17,605 nucleotides of DNA, taken from the NCBI GenBank assembly GCA_937921685.1, contig CAKZUF010000027.1, positions 1 to 17,605 of the forward strand, read 5' to 3'. This stretch comes from an uncultured archaeon (GTDB lineage Archaea; Thermoproteota; Nitrososphaeria_A; Caldarchaeales; Calditenuaceae). Positions 1 through 8,223 of this stretch are shown here, piece after piece; positions within the stretch are counted from its first letter, which is position 1; each line of letters opens with the position of its first letter. The position numbers and the translations under genes were made by a program. The notes under the pieces are model-generated. The model was not told the DNA's origin, did no database searches, and saw only the letters and a list, made by a program, of their open reading frames with translations.

Positions 1-9
1 GGGAGAGGC

Positions 10-891
10 TTGACGACAGATCTGAAGAGGGAGTTGTTGAGGCTTCTTGATGAGGATGAGGAGTTTAGATACGCGGTGGCGGGTAGAATAGGTATACTGG
101 AGATACTGAAGCGTCTCGACAGGCTGGAGGAGGGGCAGAACAGGCTATGGGAAAACCAGAACAAGCTTTGGGAAAACCAGAACAGGCTTTGGGAAGAGGT
201 TAGAAGTTTAAGAGAGGGACAGAACAAGCTATGGGAGAGCCAGAACAAGCTTTGGGAGGGACAGAACAGGCTTTGGGAAGAGGTTAGAAGTTTAAGAGAG
301 GGACAGAACAGACTATGGGAGAACCAGAATAAGCTTTGGGAGAACCAGAACAGGCTTTGGGAGGAGGTTAGGAGTTTAAGAGAGGGACAAAATAAGCTGT
401 TGGAAGAGGTTAAAAGTCTAAGGGAAGGGCAGAACAGGCTATGGGAAAACCAGAATAGGCTATGGGAGGAAGTTAGGGATATGCGGATTACTTTGAATAG
501 GGTTGCTATTACGCTGGACAGACTGACTATAAGTGTCGAGGAGGAGGCGCTTAGCTTCATAAAACACAGGATAAGAAGCGACGTCGGCATAGACATCAAG
601 CTGGAGAGAATCTTCATAGACTCCAGAGAAATCGATGTCTACGGATCATCAGGCGACCTCTGTGTAGTTGGTGAGGCTACAGTTAGGCTTGGAAAGGGAC
701 TCATCGACGAACTACTGGAAAAGATAGACTTCCTAAAGTCTAGGAGGCCAGACCTCATAAAGCCCAGGATAATCAAGGCAATATACACAGACTATGCAAC
801 ACCAGACGCACTAGACTACGCCAGGGAGAAAGATGTCTGGGTTCTAAAATGGAGCGGAGACCTAACACCATTAAAAATAGAACAATCATAA
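10..891 (+). CDS. Coiled-coil heptad-repeat protein with a C-terminal restriction-endonuclease-like (PD-(D/E)XK-type) domain. The architecture resembles archaeal DUF3782-like proteins.
   Basis: 293-aa ORF with TTG at 10. The frame stays open to the window edge, so the true start could lie upstream. Residues 41-159 form 17 heptads of the types xQN(K/R)LWE and EEVRSLR. The C-terminal ~130 aa shows EEEA...EIDVYG...VVGEAT, resembling an E / D / ExK nuclease core with Thr at the usual Lys position. The family name is from memory and was not searched. Confidence 0.7.
   Translation: MTTDLKRELLRLLDEDEEFRYAVAGRIGILEILKRLDRLEEGQNRLWENQNKLWENQNRLWEEVRSLREGQNKLWESQNKLWEGQNRLWEEVRSLREGQNRLWENQNKLWENQNRLWEEVRSLREGQNKLLEEVKSLREGQNRLWENQNRLWEEVRDMRITLNRVAITLDRLTISVEEEALSFIKHRIRSDVGIDIKLERIFIDSREIDVYGSSGDLCVVGEATVRLGKGLIDELLEKIDFLKSRRPDLIKPRIIKAIYTDYATPDALDYAREKDVWVLKWSGDLTPLKIEQS
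130..486 (+). repeat. In-frame tandem repeat of three full 84-bp units (130-213, 214-297, 298-381) plus partial units of 42 bp (382-423) and 63 bp (424-486). Each unit is built from 21-bp (heptad) sub-repeats.
   Basis: Direct reading of the sequence. A 49-bp stretch is identical at 178-226 and 262-310, giving a period of 84. The third unit differs at only a few positions. The encoded peptide is EGQN(R/K)LWE(N/S)QNKLWE(N/G)QNRLWEEVRSLR. Confidence 0.92.
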
Positions 892-927
892 CCCATATTA
901 TTGCAATGCTCGGCCCCGCATCGCGGA

Positions 928-941
928 GTTATCCGGATAAC
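928..941. repeat. Perfect 14-bp palindrome GTTATCCGGATAAC in the intergenic region downstream of the repeat-protein gene
   Basis: Read directly: gttatcc/ggataac is its own reverse complement. It is immediately preceded by a small hairpin, ccgc-atc-gcgg, at about 913-926. Its function (terminator structure or dimeric regulator site) is unknown. Confidence 0.5.
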
Positions 942-1060
942 ACTTCTAATACCCTAAACTTCGAGCCAGAGGTGTTATAGAATAGGAGAAGCACATCCAA
1001 TCTTCTTTAAAAACCTGAAGCCTCATCCCCCCATCCCACTGACCCCCCGGGCGCAAATGA

Positions 1061-1068
1061 TTATTTAG
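1061..1068 (+). promoter_or_regulatory. Putative archaeal TATA/box-A element (TTATTTAG) for the 1092 gene
   Basis: An A/T-rich octamer centred about 28 nt upstream of the GTG start at 1092. This spacing fits a leaderless transcript. Confidence 0.4.
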
Positions 1069-1091
1069 AATCACGAGACACAACTAGCGCT

Positions 1092-1583
1092 GTGAGCAGC
1101 GTCAAGCTGGAGGTCATAAGGGTTGAGACCCCTGAGGGGTGCAACGCTATCCTCGGAATCACCCACTTCATAAAAAGCGTCGAAGACATATACGAGGCAA
1201 TAGTCAACACAGTCCCCGGCGCAAAGTTCGGACTCGCCTTCAGCGAAGCCAGCGGCCCATGCCTCATCAGACACGAGGGAACCGACGAAGAGCTGAGAAG
1301 ACTCGCAGCAGAGACCCTCCTCCGAATAGGATGCGGCCACACATTCCTAATATTCACACGCAATCTATACCCAATCAACATACTTGGAAGACTCAAAGAA
1401 GTACCCGAAGTATGCACCATACTATGCGCAACCGCAAACCCGCTCCAAGTAATAGTGGCGGAGACGGACCAAGGCCGCGGAATAATAGGCGTCATCGACG
1501 GCTACAGGCCTAAAGGGATCGAGAATGAGCAGAACATACGGGAGCGGAGAGAGTTCCTCAGAAAAATAGGCTACAAGTTCTAG
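1092..1583 (+). CDS. Adenosine-specific kinase family protein (PF04008 / PAE2307-like)
   Basis: 163-aa ORF with a GTG start. Recognised from the overall sequence pattern: [28 protein letters not shown]...[21 protein letters not shown], ..GH.F....N.YPIN.L..LK.VPEV..I.CATANP and a C-terminal [10 protein letters not shown]. The call is from memory of the Pyrobaculum PAE2307 family. Confidence 0.8.
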   Translation: MSSVKLEVIRVETPEGCNAILGITHFIKSVEDIYEAIVNTVPGAKFGLAFSEASGPCLIRHEGTDEELRRLAAETLLRIGCGHTFLIFTRNLYPINILGRLKEVPEVCTILCATANPLQVIVAETDQGRGIIGVIDGYRPKGIENEQNIRERREFLRKIGYKF

Positions 1584-1654
1584 ACAAGCCGCCTAGGAAG
1601 CACATCGTCAAACACGGTGATAAGGCCGCACAGACAGAAGGGATAGAGTCCCTG

Positions 1655-2989
1655 CTAGGTGGTAGACTTCGTGAAATTCACACTCCTCACCAAGGCGTAG
1701 GGAGCCTTTACTGGAACCTCAACCTCCCACCACTTTATCCAGTATTTATCCGCAGTCATCTCCTCCAAGTTTCTCATAATCCTTAAAATATTATCGCTCA
1801 ACCTCAGATCCTTAAGCGCGGCCTCGATGCTCCCGTTTTTTATGAGGAATAGGCCGTCGCGCGGGATTGTCGAGAAGTCTCCAGTCCTGAAGTTTCTATA
1901 CCTGAGATACCAGTCATTGGTTACGAAGATCCCCCTATCAACCTTTGATAACAGCTGGTTGAGCGTGGCGCTCCCTCCCTCTACGACTAGGTTGAAAGGC
2001 TCGGGTGATATCCATCCAGCGTTAGCCGTGCTCTCAGTCTCAAACTTCTTCGCTGTTGCGCTGTTGTGTAGATAGGTCTTCAGCTCTCCAGACTCTATTA
2101 TCGCCTTACGCCTAGTTGGGAGCCCCTCATCATCGTAGGCCTCTGAACCGTATGCGGCAGGCAGGGTTGGGTCGTCTACGAGTGTGAGGATTTTAGATGC
2201 AACCGTCTCTCCAATCCTACCCTCCAGGAATGAGAGCCCTGTTAGGACGCTGTAGGCTGAGGCCGCCCTCCCCACCTCCTCCAAAATATTGGCGAAAGTC
2301 ATGGGCCCGAGTATCGCGTCATACACGCCCGGCTCACCGCTAACCGGGTTCTTCGCCAGCCGCGCAACCTCGCCCGCCATCTCCCCGGTCTTATAGGGGT
2401 TAAACTCCTCCCTACTAGCCGTGGCAGTAGAGAACTGCCCACTAGAAGCGCCGTTTAGAAAAGCCCTAACAGACAGCTCAATCCTCTCACTACTCGACTC
2501 AGCCCTAACCCCGCCAGAGGTGTAGAGGGTTCTGCGGACCTCGCTAACTATGAGGGAGCCTGCAACCCGAGCGGCGCCGCTATTCCTAGCCCCTGAAACA
2601 GCCTCTTCAACCCACCCGACCATGTCCTCGGGCGGTGGAGCCCTCCTCCCCCGGGAGAGAAGCTTCCTATCATACTTGAACGGCCCTTTCGGGAGTGGTG
2701 CGTAGACGTCAGTCGGCCCCGCCAGCCGGGTGGTCTCCGCTAGACCGGCTATGAGTTTCTTTATCTCGGAGAGGCTGGGGACAGAGGTTGAGGCCACCCC
2801 CCGCCTCTCACCTATAGCCAAATAGACAGACGCCTCATACTCGTCAAAAACCTTCGAGACAGTTATTTCATTATTTGAGAAACGTATCATGTAGATGGTC
2901 ACGTCCGCTAAGTCAACCGCAGCATCGGTAGCCCCCAGCCTCCTAGCAGTTCTCAAAGCCTCTATAGCCACACGCCTCGCTCCCACCAT
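1655..2989 (-). CDS. TldD/PmbA family (peptidase U62) metalloprotease-like protein
   Basis: 444-aa ORF. The length and N-terminal pattern (..A.E.L..A...GA..A.V.L......IRF.NNE.T) and the C-terminal region (GIFVTN.WY.RY.N...G.FS.IPRDG.FLIKNG) are typical of TldD/PmbA proteins. No partner TldD/TldE gene is adjacent. Confidence 0.82.
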   Translation of the reverse strand: MVGARRVAIEALRTARRLGATDAAVDLADVTIYMIRFSNNEITVSKVFDEYEASVYLAIGERRGVASTSVPSLSEIKKLIAGLAETTRLAGPTDVYAPLPKGPFKYDRKLLSRGRRAPPPEDMVGWVEEAVSGARNSGAARVAGSLIVSEVRRTLYTSGGVRAESSSERIELSVRAFLNGASSGQFSTATASREEFNPYKTGEMAGEVARLAKNPVSGEPGVYDAILGPMTFANILEEVGRAASAYSVLTGLSFLEGRIGETVASKILTLVDDPTLPAAYGSEAYDDEGLPTRRKAIIESGELKTYLHNSATAKKFETESTANAGWISPEPFNLVVEGGSATLNQLLSKVDRGIFVTNDWYLRYRNFRTGDFSTIPRDGLFLIKNGSIEAALKDLRLSDNILRIMRNLEEMTADKYWIKWWEVEVPVKAPYALVRSVNFTKSTT

Positions 2990-3099
2990 ACACCATGAGT
3001 CTCGGCAGCCCAGATTAAAAAGAATCGCTCCCAGAGAGGCTGACCAGCCGGCGACTCTTTATTTAGTAATACTGCGCCCCTATTGATGGATATAGCAAG

Positions 3100-4710
3100 A
3101 TGCTGAAGCGTGGTGGTGAGGGGCGGCGGAGACAGAGGAGCTCTGCAGGAGTGAATGTAGCCGCGGTGCTTGAATATCCTGTGAAGAGCGACGGCTCGGT
3201 GATTGCTGAGCGGTTGGCGCTGAGCGGCGATGAGGGCGGGGGACTCGAAGTCTCGGTAGGTGAAGGCCGCAGGGAGATAGTAGCGCCGCTCAGCTTCGTG
3301 AAGCGGGACGTCTCCTCCTCGATTCTGGGAGACAGCCTAGCGATAAGGCTCCTGACACCCTTTGAGGTAGTCCAGGGAGAAGAGGTTATTGGGCAGCTGC
3401 AGTCCCACTACTTGAAGCGTGTAATCAAGCGTGTGGCAGAAACAGTCATCGAGAGCTACGAGCTTGCAGCCATTCACGTGAGGCTACACCCACTCTACTT
3501 CCTGTTGAGATGGATTAAACCCAAACTAGCGCTTATGCCGAGCCTGACCCGGCTCTTCTGGTGGCTCAGCGACGAGGATGGCCTTCGCGAAAAACACCTA
3601 TCCAGAGTCGTGTCTCGGCTGAGGACAGCCTTAGACGAGGCGTCCCGGGAGGAGGAGGGGGTCTTACAGAAGGACGGCGAATTATACGCCCTAAACCCTT
3701 CAAAGGTCATGCGGAGACACCTGAGCGGTGGCAGGCCTGTGCTCAAGCTCCCATTCAACCCTCAGGTCACCAGATTTGTAAGGGAGCCTGCGGTGGCGAT
3801 CGGGGCTATGAGGCTATTACTCGCGGAGGCCTATCCGAAGCCGCCTGCAATCTTGGCTGAATTGGAGCCGGAGGAGTGGGCCTTCATCAAGACTTTCCAC
3901 GGCCTCCAACCAATCGCAAGCGATGAGCCGCTCATCGAGGCGATAAAAAAGCACCTCTCACTGGAGGGCGCGGAGGTCAGGCTCGACAGAAAAGGCTCCA
4001 TACTAAACTCAACCTATCTCCTCCAAATATATGCGGACGGGAACAAGAGAGAGACCCTGTTCGTGAAGAGATACTTTTCTTGGACTGATATTAAATGGGT
4101 TGCCGCCAAGCTCTGGGCCATGCCCCTGAGAAACTTCTACTTCTCACCGGGGACAAGGATGAGTAACGAGGTCTTCTTCCTGAGCTACCTGGCCGAGAAG
4201 GGGCTCCGAGTTCCACGCGTTGTCTACCTCTCCTGGGGTGATAAAGTGCTTGTCGAGAATGCCATCAAGGGATACGACTTGACGGAGGCGTGGACCAGGG
4301 AGCGTGGAAGGATTGGTGACAAACTGTTAGAGGATATAACGATGGGCGTAGGTAGGATGCTGGCTGAGGTGCATGAGCAGGATGTTGTGGTGGGAGACTG
4401 TAAACCTGACAATTTCATGATCTCGCAGCCTTCATCAGAGACCTGGCTAGTGGATTTAGAACAGGCCTCCCTTAAGGGCAACAAGTCCTGGGATCTCTCC
4501 GAGCTGATACTCTACATGGGACACTATCTCGACCCTGAGGACGCCGAGAGATACGCATCACTGATTGCTAAAGGTTATCTGTCGAAGGGAAGGCCTGAGG
4601 TCGTGGAGGGAGCTTTAGATAGCAAGTTCCAGCTCACAATGCTTCCCTGGACACCTATCTGGACTCAGGTCTGGATGTTTAGGTCGGTGGAGAGGGAGCT
4701 GAGAAGATAG
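3100..4710 (+). CDS. Large protein with a C-terminal atypical protein-kinase fold (Kdo/WaaP-, RIO/Bud32-like) and an uncharacterised ~300-aa N-terminal region
   Basis: 536-aa ORF. The C-terminal third carries three kinase-like elements. LFVKRY is a VAIK-like Lys. GTRMSNEVFFLSYLAEKGLRVPRVVY is a Kdo-kinase-like helix plus strand. VVVGDCKPDNFMIS...WLVDLEQAS supplies a catalytic loop D-x-K-x-x-N and a DLE metal-binding motif in place of DFG. The start is uncertain, with an in-frame GTG at about 3151 as an alternative. Confidence 0.65.
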   Translation: MLKRGGEGRRRQRSSAGVNVAAVLEYPVKSDGSVIAERLALSGDEGGGLEVSVGEGRREIVAPLSFVKRDVSSSILGDSLAIRLLTPFEVVQGEEVIGQLQSHYLKRVIKRVAETVIESYELAAIHVRLHPLYFLLRWIKPKLALMPSLTRLFWWLSDEDGLREKHLSRVVSRLRTALDEASREEEGVLQKDGELYALNPSKVMRRHLSGGRPVLKLPFNPQVTRFVREPAVAIGAMRLLLAEAYPKPPAILAELEPEEWAFIKTFHGLQPIASDEPLIEAIKKHLSLEGAEVRLDRKGSILNSTYLLQIYADGNKRETLFVKRYFSWTDIKWVAAKLWAMPLRNFYFSPGTRMSNEVFFLSYLAEKGLRVPRVVYLSWGDKVLVENAIKGYDLTEAWTRERGRIGDKLLEDITMGVGRMLAEVHEQDVVVGDCKPDNFMISQPSSETWLVDLEQASLKGNKSWDLSELILYMGHYLDPEDAERYASLIAKGYLSKGRPEVVEGALDSKFQLTMLPWTPIWTQVWMFRSVERELRR

Positions 4711-4717
4711 AGGAGTG

Positions 4718-5743
4718 TTAAAGTATTCTGATATATTCCCTGCCAGCCCCCTCATAAGAGCCTATAAGTATCTGCCTCCAAGCCTCCTCACCGTTCCGCC
4801 GCGCCAGCTCAAGCTTCCCATAAGCCTCGACGGAGTCACCTTCCCTCAAAACACCTGCCAACATCATGTCATAACATACAATTCTGTCAATACTCCCACC
4901 CTCATCCTCGACAAAATACACCGCGGGTGTAAAAAGCGACTCCCGCACGTCAACCACCCTGGCCCTAACCCGAGCCATTCCCAACGCGGAGTAGACTACC
5001 TCGCCATACCTGTACGCAGGCATCCCACGCACACCGTGTATTGAGAAGAGGACTCCGCTGTATACTCCCTTGTTTATGACGTTGGATGCAAGTCTGCGCA
5101 GGTCTCTCGCTGGAACAGGGTATCTTGATGATGCGCGGACAACCCATCCCTCAGGATCGCTACCACCCTGTAGGGCGACCTCACCTTCACGATGCAGCTC
5201 ATTTAGCGCTTCGAGAACCCTCCACAAATTATCCGTGCCATAAACCACCAGGTCTATGTCTGAGTCTTGGTGATGTATTCCAGGAAGAATTGACCCGGTG
5301 ACGCCGAAACAATCTATAGGGACGCCGGAGACCTCTGAGAGCCGCTCAACGAGCGAGACCAGAAGTCTTTCAAGGCGGCTGCTGGTGGGCCTATTCAACA
5401 GCTCTATGAGCCGCCTCCTAGAGCTGTATACTTTGGTGATATTGCTTGTAGGTGGTGCGATGACCCTGGCGCCAACCGTAGGATCGTGGTACACATAGCT
5501 TGGCTGCATCTCTTCTAGGAAGCTGATTACTTTTAGAAGCTCTGAAACAGTGTATTGTCGGATTACACGGATATATTTTTTCTCGCCGTTCCCCCAGATA
5601 CCGTTTCCTGGCACGTATTTGAGGAGGCTCCACACCCGCCCCTCCGGATGAATATCGCCTAAAACCATGAAGATCCAGCCGTCGGTCGTCTCGAAGTAGT
5701 CGTGGTCTCTGACTGATACGTCATGGTCTCCGGCCTTCTGCAT
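4718..5743 (-). CDS. Predicted nucleotidyltransferase (Pol-beta superfamily) with an N-terminal uncharacterised domain and an OB-fold-like C-terminus. Downstream member of a paralog pair.
   Basis: 341-aa ORF. The NTase signature is FGVTGSILPGIHHQDSDIDLVVYG (G-S ... D-x-D). The C-terminal beta-rich segment is ARVRARVVDVRESLFTPAVYFVEDEGG..RIVCYD....VLREGDSVEAYGKLE. It shares the same three-part layout with the adjacent 5780-6826 product. Confidence 0.72.
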   Translation of the reverse strand: MQKAGDHDVSVRDHDYFETTDGWIFMVLGDIHPEGRVWSLLKYVPGNGIWGNGEKKYIRVIRQYTVSELLKVISFLEEMQPSYVYHDPTVGARVIAPPTSNITKVYSSRRRLIELLNRPTSSRLERLLVSLVERLSEVSGVPIDCFGVTGSILPGIHHQDSDIDLVVYGTDNLWRVLEALNELHREGEVALQGGSDPEGWVVRASSRYPVPARDLRRLASNVINKGVYSGVLFSIHGVRGMPAYRYGEVVYSALGMARVRARVVDVRESLFTPAVYFVEDEGGSIDRIVCYDMMLAGVLREGDSVEAYGKLELARRNGEEAWRQILIGSYEGAGREYIRIL

Positions 5744-5779
5744 TCCCGCTTAAAACAACCTCTTTTGTCAGAGTTATAA

Positions 5780-6826
5780 CTATATTTTACGCATAACGTT
5801 TTCGGAGACGATATAGTCGTTGGGCATGTTTCCGATGAATATTCTGATCCTTCCAGTTACGAGGTCGGTCTCGAGCCTTCCCCTCGCGGCGAAGCGCTCT
5901 CCCGCAGAAACCTGCTCCGCAAACCTAGACCTATAGGACACCACTTCTCCACACTTATAGGCCATTTCGCCGCCCTCAAGCACCTCATCGACAGTGACCC
6001 TCAGCTTCATAGGCGTATAGCAGCCGAGCGAGTCTTCCTCAACCACACCCCTCACCTCAACATAGCCCAACTCCCTCCACCTGGCCGTCCCCCAGGGCTC
6101 CCAGAAATCCTCGGGCCGCTGCACAATCTTGGCAGAATAGACCACCCCCCTGAACAAGCCGTACGTATATTTCCGCCCCTCATGCATGAGCCATACCTCG
6201 AGGCCAAGCTTAGAGTCTCTACGCTTGGAGGCCAAGTCATGTGCGTGTTCACGCGTCACGGCCTCCGTTACTCCACGGGCCCTGAGCTCTTTCAAGGCCT
6301 CTAGGGCTCTAAACCCTCGAGGCTCCACCAAGACTATGTCGATATCTGACCCCCTCTTATGCGCCTTCAAGAGGATGGACCCGGAGATTCCTATCGACTC
6401 GCGGGGGAGGCCTCCCTCCTCTGAGAGGACTCTCCCAAGCTCCAAGGCCGTGCTGGTCAGCCGGTCGACTGGCTGTAGGCTTCGGAATCCCTCCAGCGAG
6501 GAGAGATGCCTCTCCACACTTTCAACAGGGATCTGGGGTAGAACCTGCCCCGAGTGGTCGTCGAAGACAAGCCAGCCCCGAACCCTATCCTCTATGAAGG
6601 CATAAACCTCCTCTAGAGTGGCTGCCCGTCCTAGACGCGGAAAGGCAACGACCTTGCCGGGAGGGTGTGAAACACCTTTGACAGCCATAAACCCCAGCTC
6701 GCCTACATAGACGTAGTCACCCTCAATCAAGTATTCCAGGCCCAGACCTATGATAAGGGTGGGTGTTAAAAGAGATAGTGTGCGGGCAGGCGCTTTCTCC
6801 GCCCCAACCACATGGTTTGATAGCAT
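5780..6826 (-). CDS. Predicted nucleotidyltransferase (Pol-beta superfamily) paralog with an OB-fold-like C-terminus. Upstream member of the pair.
   Basis: 348-aa ORF. The NTase signature is IGISGSILLKAHKRGSDIDIVLVE. The following helix FRALEALKELRARG aligns with LWRVLEALNELHREG of the neighbour. The C-terminal segment is GYVEVRGVVEEDSLGCYTPMKLRVTVDEV...GERFAARGRLE. A 36-nt gap to the next gene on the same strand suggests an operon. Confidence 0.72.
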   Translation of the reverse strand: MLSNHVVGAEKAPARTLSLLTPTLIIGLGLEYLIEGDYVYVGELGFMAVKGVSHPPGKVVAFPRLGRAATLEEVYAFIEDRVRGWLVFDDHSGQVLPQIPVESVERHLSSLEGFRSLQPVDRLTSTALELGRVLSEEGGLPRESIGISGSILLKAHKRGSDIDIVLVEPRGFRALEALKELRARGVTEAVTREHAHDLASKRRDSKLGLEVWLMHEGRKYTYGLFRGVVYSAKIVQRPEDFWEPWGTARWRELGYVEVRGVVEEDSLGCYTPMKLRVTVDEVLEGGEMAYKCGEVVSYRSRFAEQVSAGERFAARGRLETDLVTGRIRIFIGNMPNDYIVSENVMRKI

Positions 6827-6905
6827 AGCTGGAGGGGTTTAGGTATCGATTTTTCAATGGGAATGTTTTTAAATTCGCTGAAGACCCGCTTTCTCGCTGA
6901 AATAT

Positions 6906-7886
6906 ATGGGTGTAGACTCGGCCGAGCTTTCAACTCATATAGAAGCGCCATTGTGGTTCTGGGAACTATACCACGCAGTAATACTATTCTTCATAGCGAT
7001 AGACCTTCTCGCGGGCGTTAGAAGAAAACACGCGATGACGTATAGGGAGGCAGCTGCTTGGTCAGCTCTATGGATAGCGGTAGGATTGGCGTGGGGGGCG
7101 TTTGTATACTGGTTTGCAGCCCCAGAAGATAAACTTCATGCCTTAGGATTGTACTATGCGGCATTCGTAGTAGAGAAGAGTTTGAGCATGGATAACTTAT
7201 TTGTCTTCGCATTAATCTTCAGCTATTTCGCAGTCCTGCCCCGAGTACAGCCTATTGTACTATACGTTGGAATAATTACGGCAATCGTTTTAAGAGCAGG
7301 ATTCATAGCTGGGGGACTATGGCTAATAGAGCAATTCCACTGGACTGTATACATTTTCGGTGCAGTATTAATATACGCGGGATACAAACTACTCAGAGCG
7401 GGGGAAGTAAAAGTAGATCCTTCAAGGAACCCTGTTGTAAAATTTGCTCAGAGATTCCTTCCCATAGCTGACTATTATGAGGGGGCCAAGTTTATTGTCC
7501 GTTCAAAAAGGGATAGGAGATTAATTTTTACCCCACTACTCCTAGCTCTACTTGCAATTGAGACATCAGACATAGTATTCGCGTTCGATTCTATTCCAGC
7601 TGTTATAGCTATTACGTCGAACTTTTTCCTAGCATATACCTCTAACATCTCCGCAATCCTAGGCCTGAGAGCGCTATACTCTCTAATAGCTATCACAATG
7701 TTTAGATTCAAATATGTTGAGCCCGCTCTCGCAGGCATTTTATTCTTCTTGGGAATCAAAATATTCATAGCACAATTCGTCGAAATACCGGTATGGTTGT
7801 CAATATCAATAATATTCTCAATCCTATCCGCTGCAGTTATGCTCTCTATAATGAGAGGAGAAGTTAAGAGAGGAGACGAGGATTAA
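6906..7886 (+). CDS. TerC family integral membrane protein
   Basis: 326-aa hydrophobic ORF carrying the two TerC hallmark motifs, EKSLSMDNLFVFALIF and ETSDIVFAFDSIPAVIAIT. A TTTTTAAA box lies at about 6868-6875, roughly 33 nt upstream of the start. Confidence 0.85.
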   Translation: MGVDSAELSTHIEAPLWFWELYHAVILFFIAIDLLAGVRRKHAMTYREAAAWSALWIAVGLAWGAFVYWFAAPEDKLHALGLYYAAFVVEKSLSMDNLFVFALIFSYFAVLPRVQPIVLYVGIITAIVLRAGFIAGGLWLIEQFHWTVYIFGAVLIYAGYKLLRAGEVKVDPSRNPVVKFAQRFLPIADYYEGAKFIVRSKRDRRLIFTPLLLALLAIETSDIVFAFDSIPAVIAITSNFFLAYTSNISAILGLRALYSLIAITMFRFKYVEPALAGILFFLGIKIFIAQFVEIPVWLSISIIFSILSAAVMLSIMRGEVKRGDED

Positions 7887-8192
7887 GCGGTGGCCTTTTA
7901 GCATAGGCTTTAAAGATGTCATCTGCTTATCCAAGTAGGTTGCTGATACCTCCGGCACCTGGATAGGTCTCTTGTCTGGACACTACGTTGATTTTGTTGA
8001 GACATGCAAAGATGGTGAGCCGGCTTTTAATCCTATATATATTCCGGTTGAAGACTTCATAAACGCAAAGTGTGTAGTAATAACCGGAGGGGCTGCAGTC
8101 CACGAAGCTAGACGAGCTAATGGTCTAGTGGGTGTCGGCTAAGGTGGGCTTAAGCGCCTCAACCAGATGTTGATAACACTATGAGGGCCAAA

Positions 8193-8200
8193 ATTTAATT
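8193..8200 (+). promoter_or_regulatory. Putative TATA/box-A element (ATTTAATT) for the MCM B12-binding subunit gene
   Basis: An A/T-rich box centred about 28 nt upstream of the GTG start at 8224, a spacing that suggests a leaderless transcript. Confidence 0.4.
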
Positions 8201-8223
8201 ACATCTGCAGGCATTTTGTAATT

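Noticed and set aside
7939-8142. An open frame between terC and the MCM small subunit that reads protein-like (ADTSGTWIGLLSGHYVDFVETCKDGEPAFNPIYIPVEDFINAKCVVITGGAAVHEARRANGLVGVG*).
   Set aside because: It has no ATG or GTG start; the only candidate is a TTG at 7972. It is under 70 codons, has no recognisable motif and has no promoter-like box at an appropriate distance. It could be a gene fragment, but I cannot support calling it.
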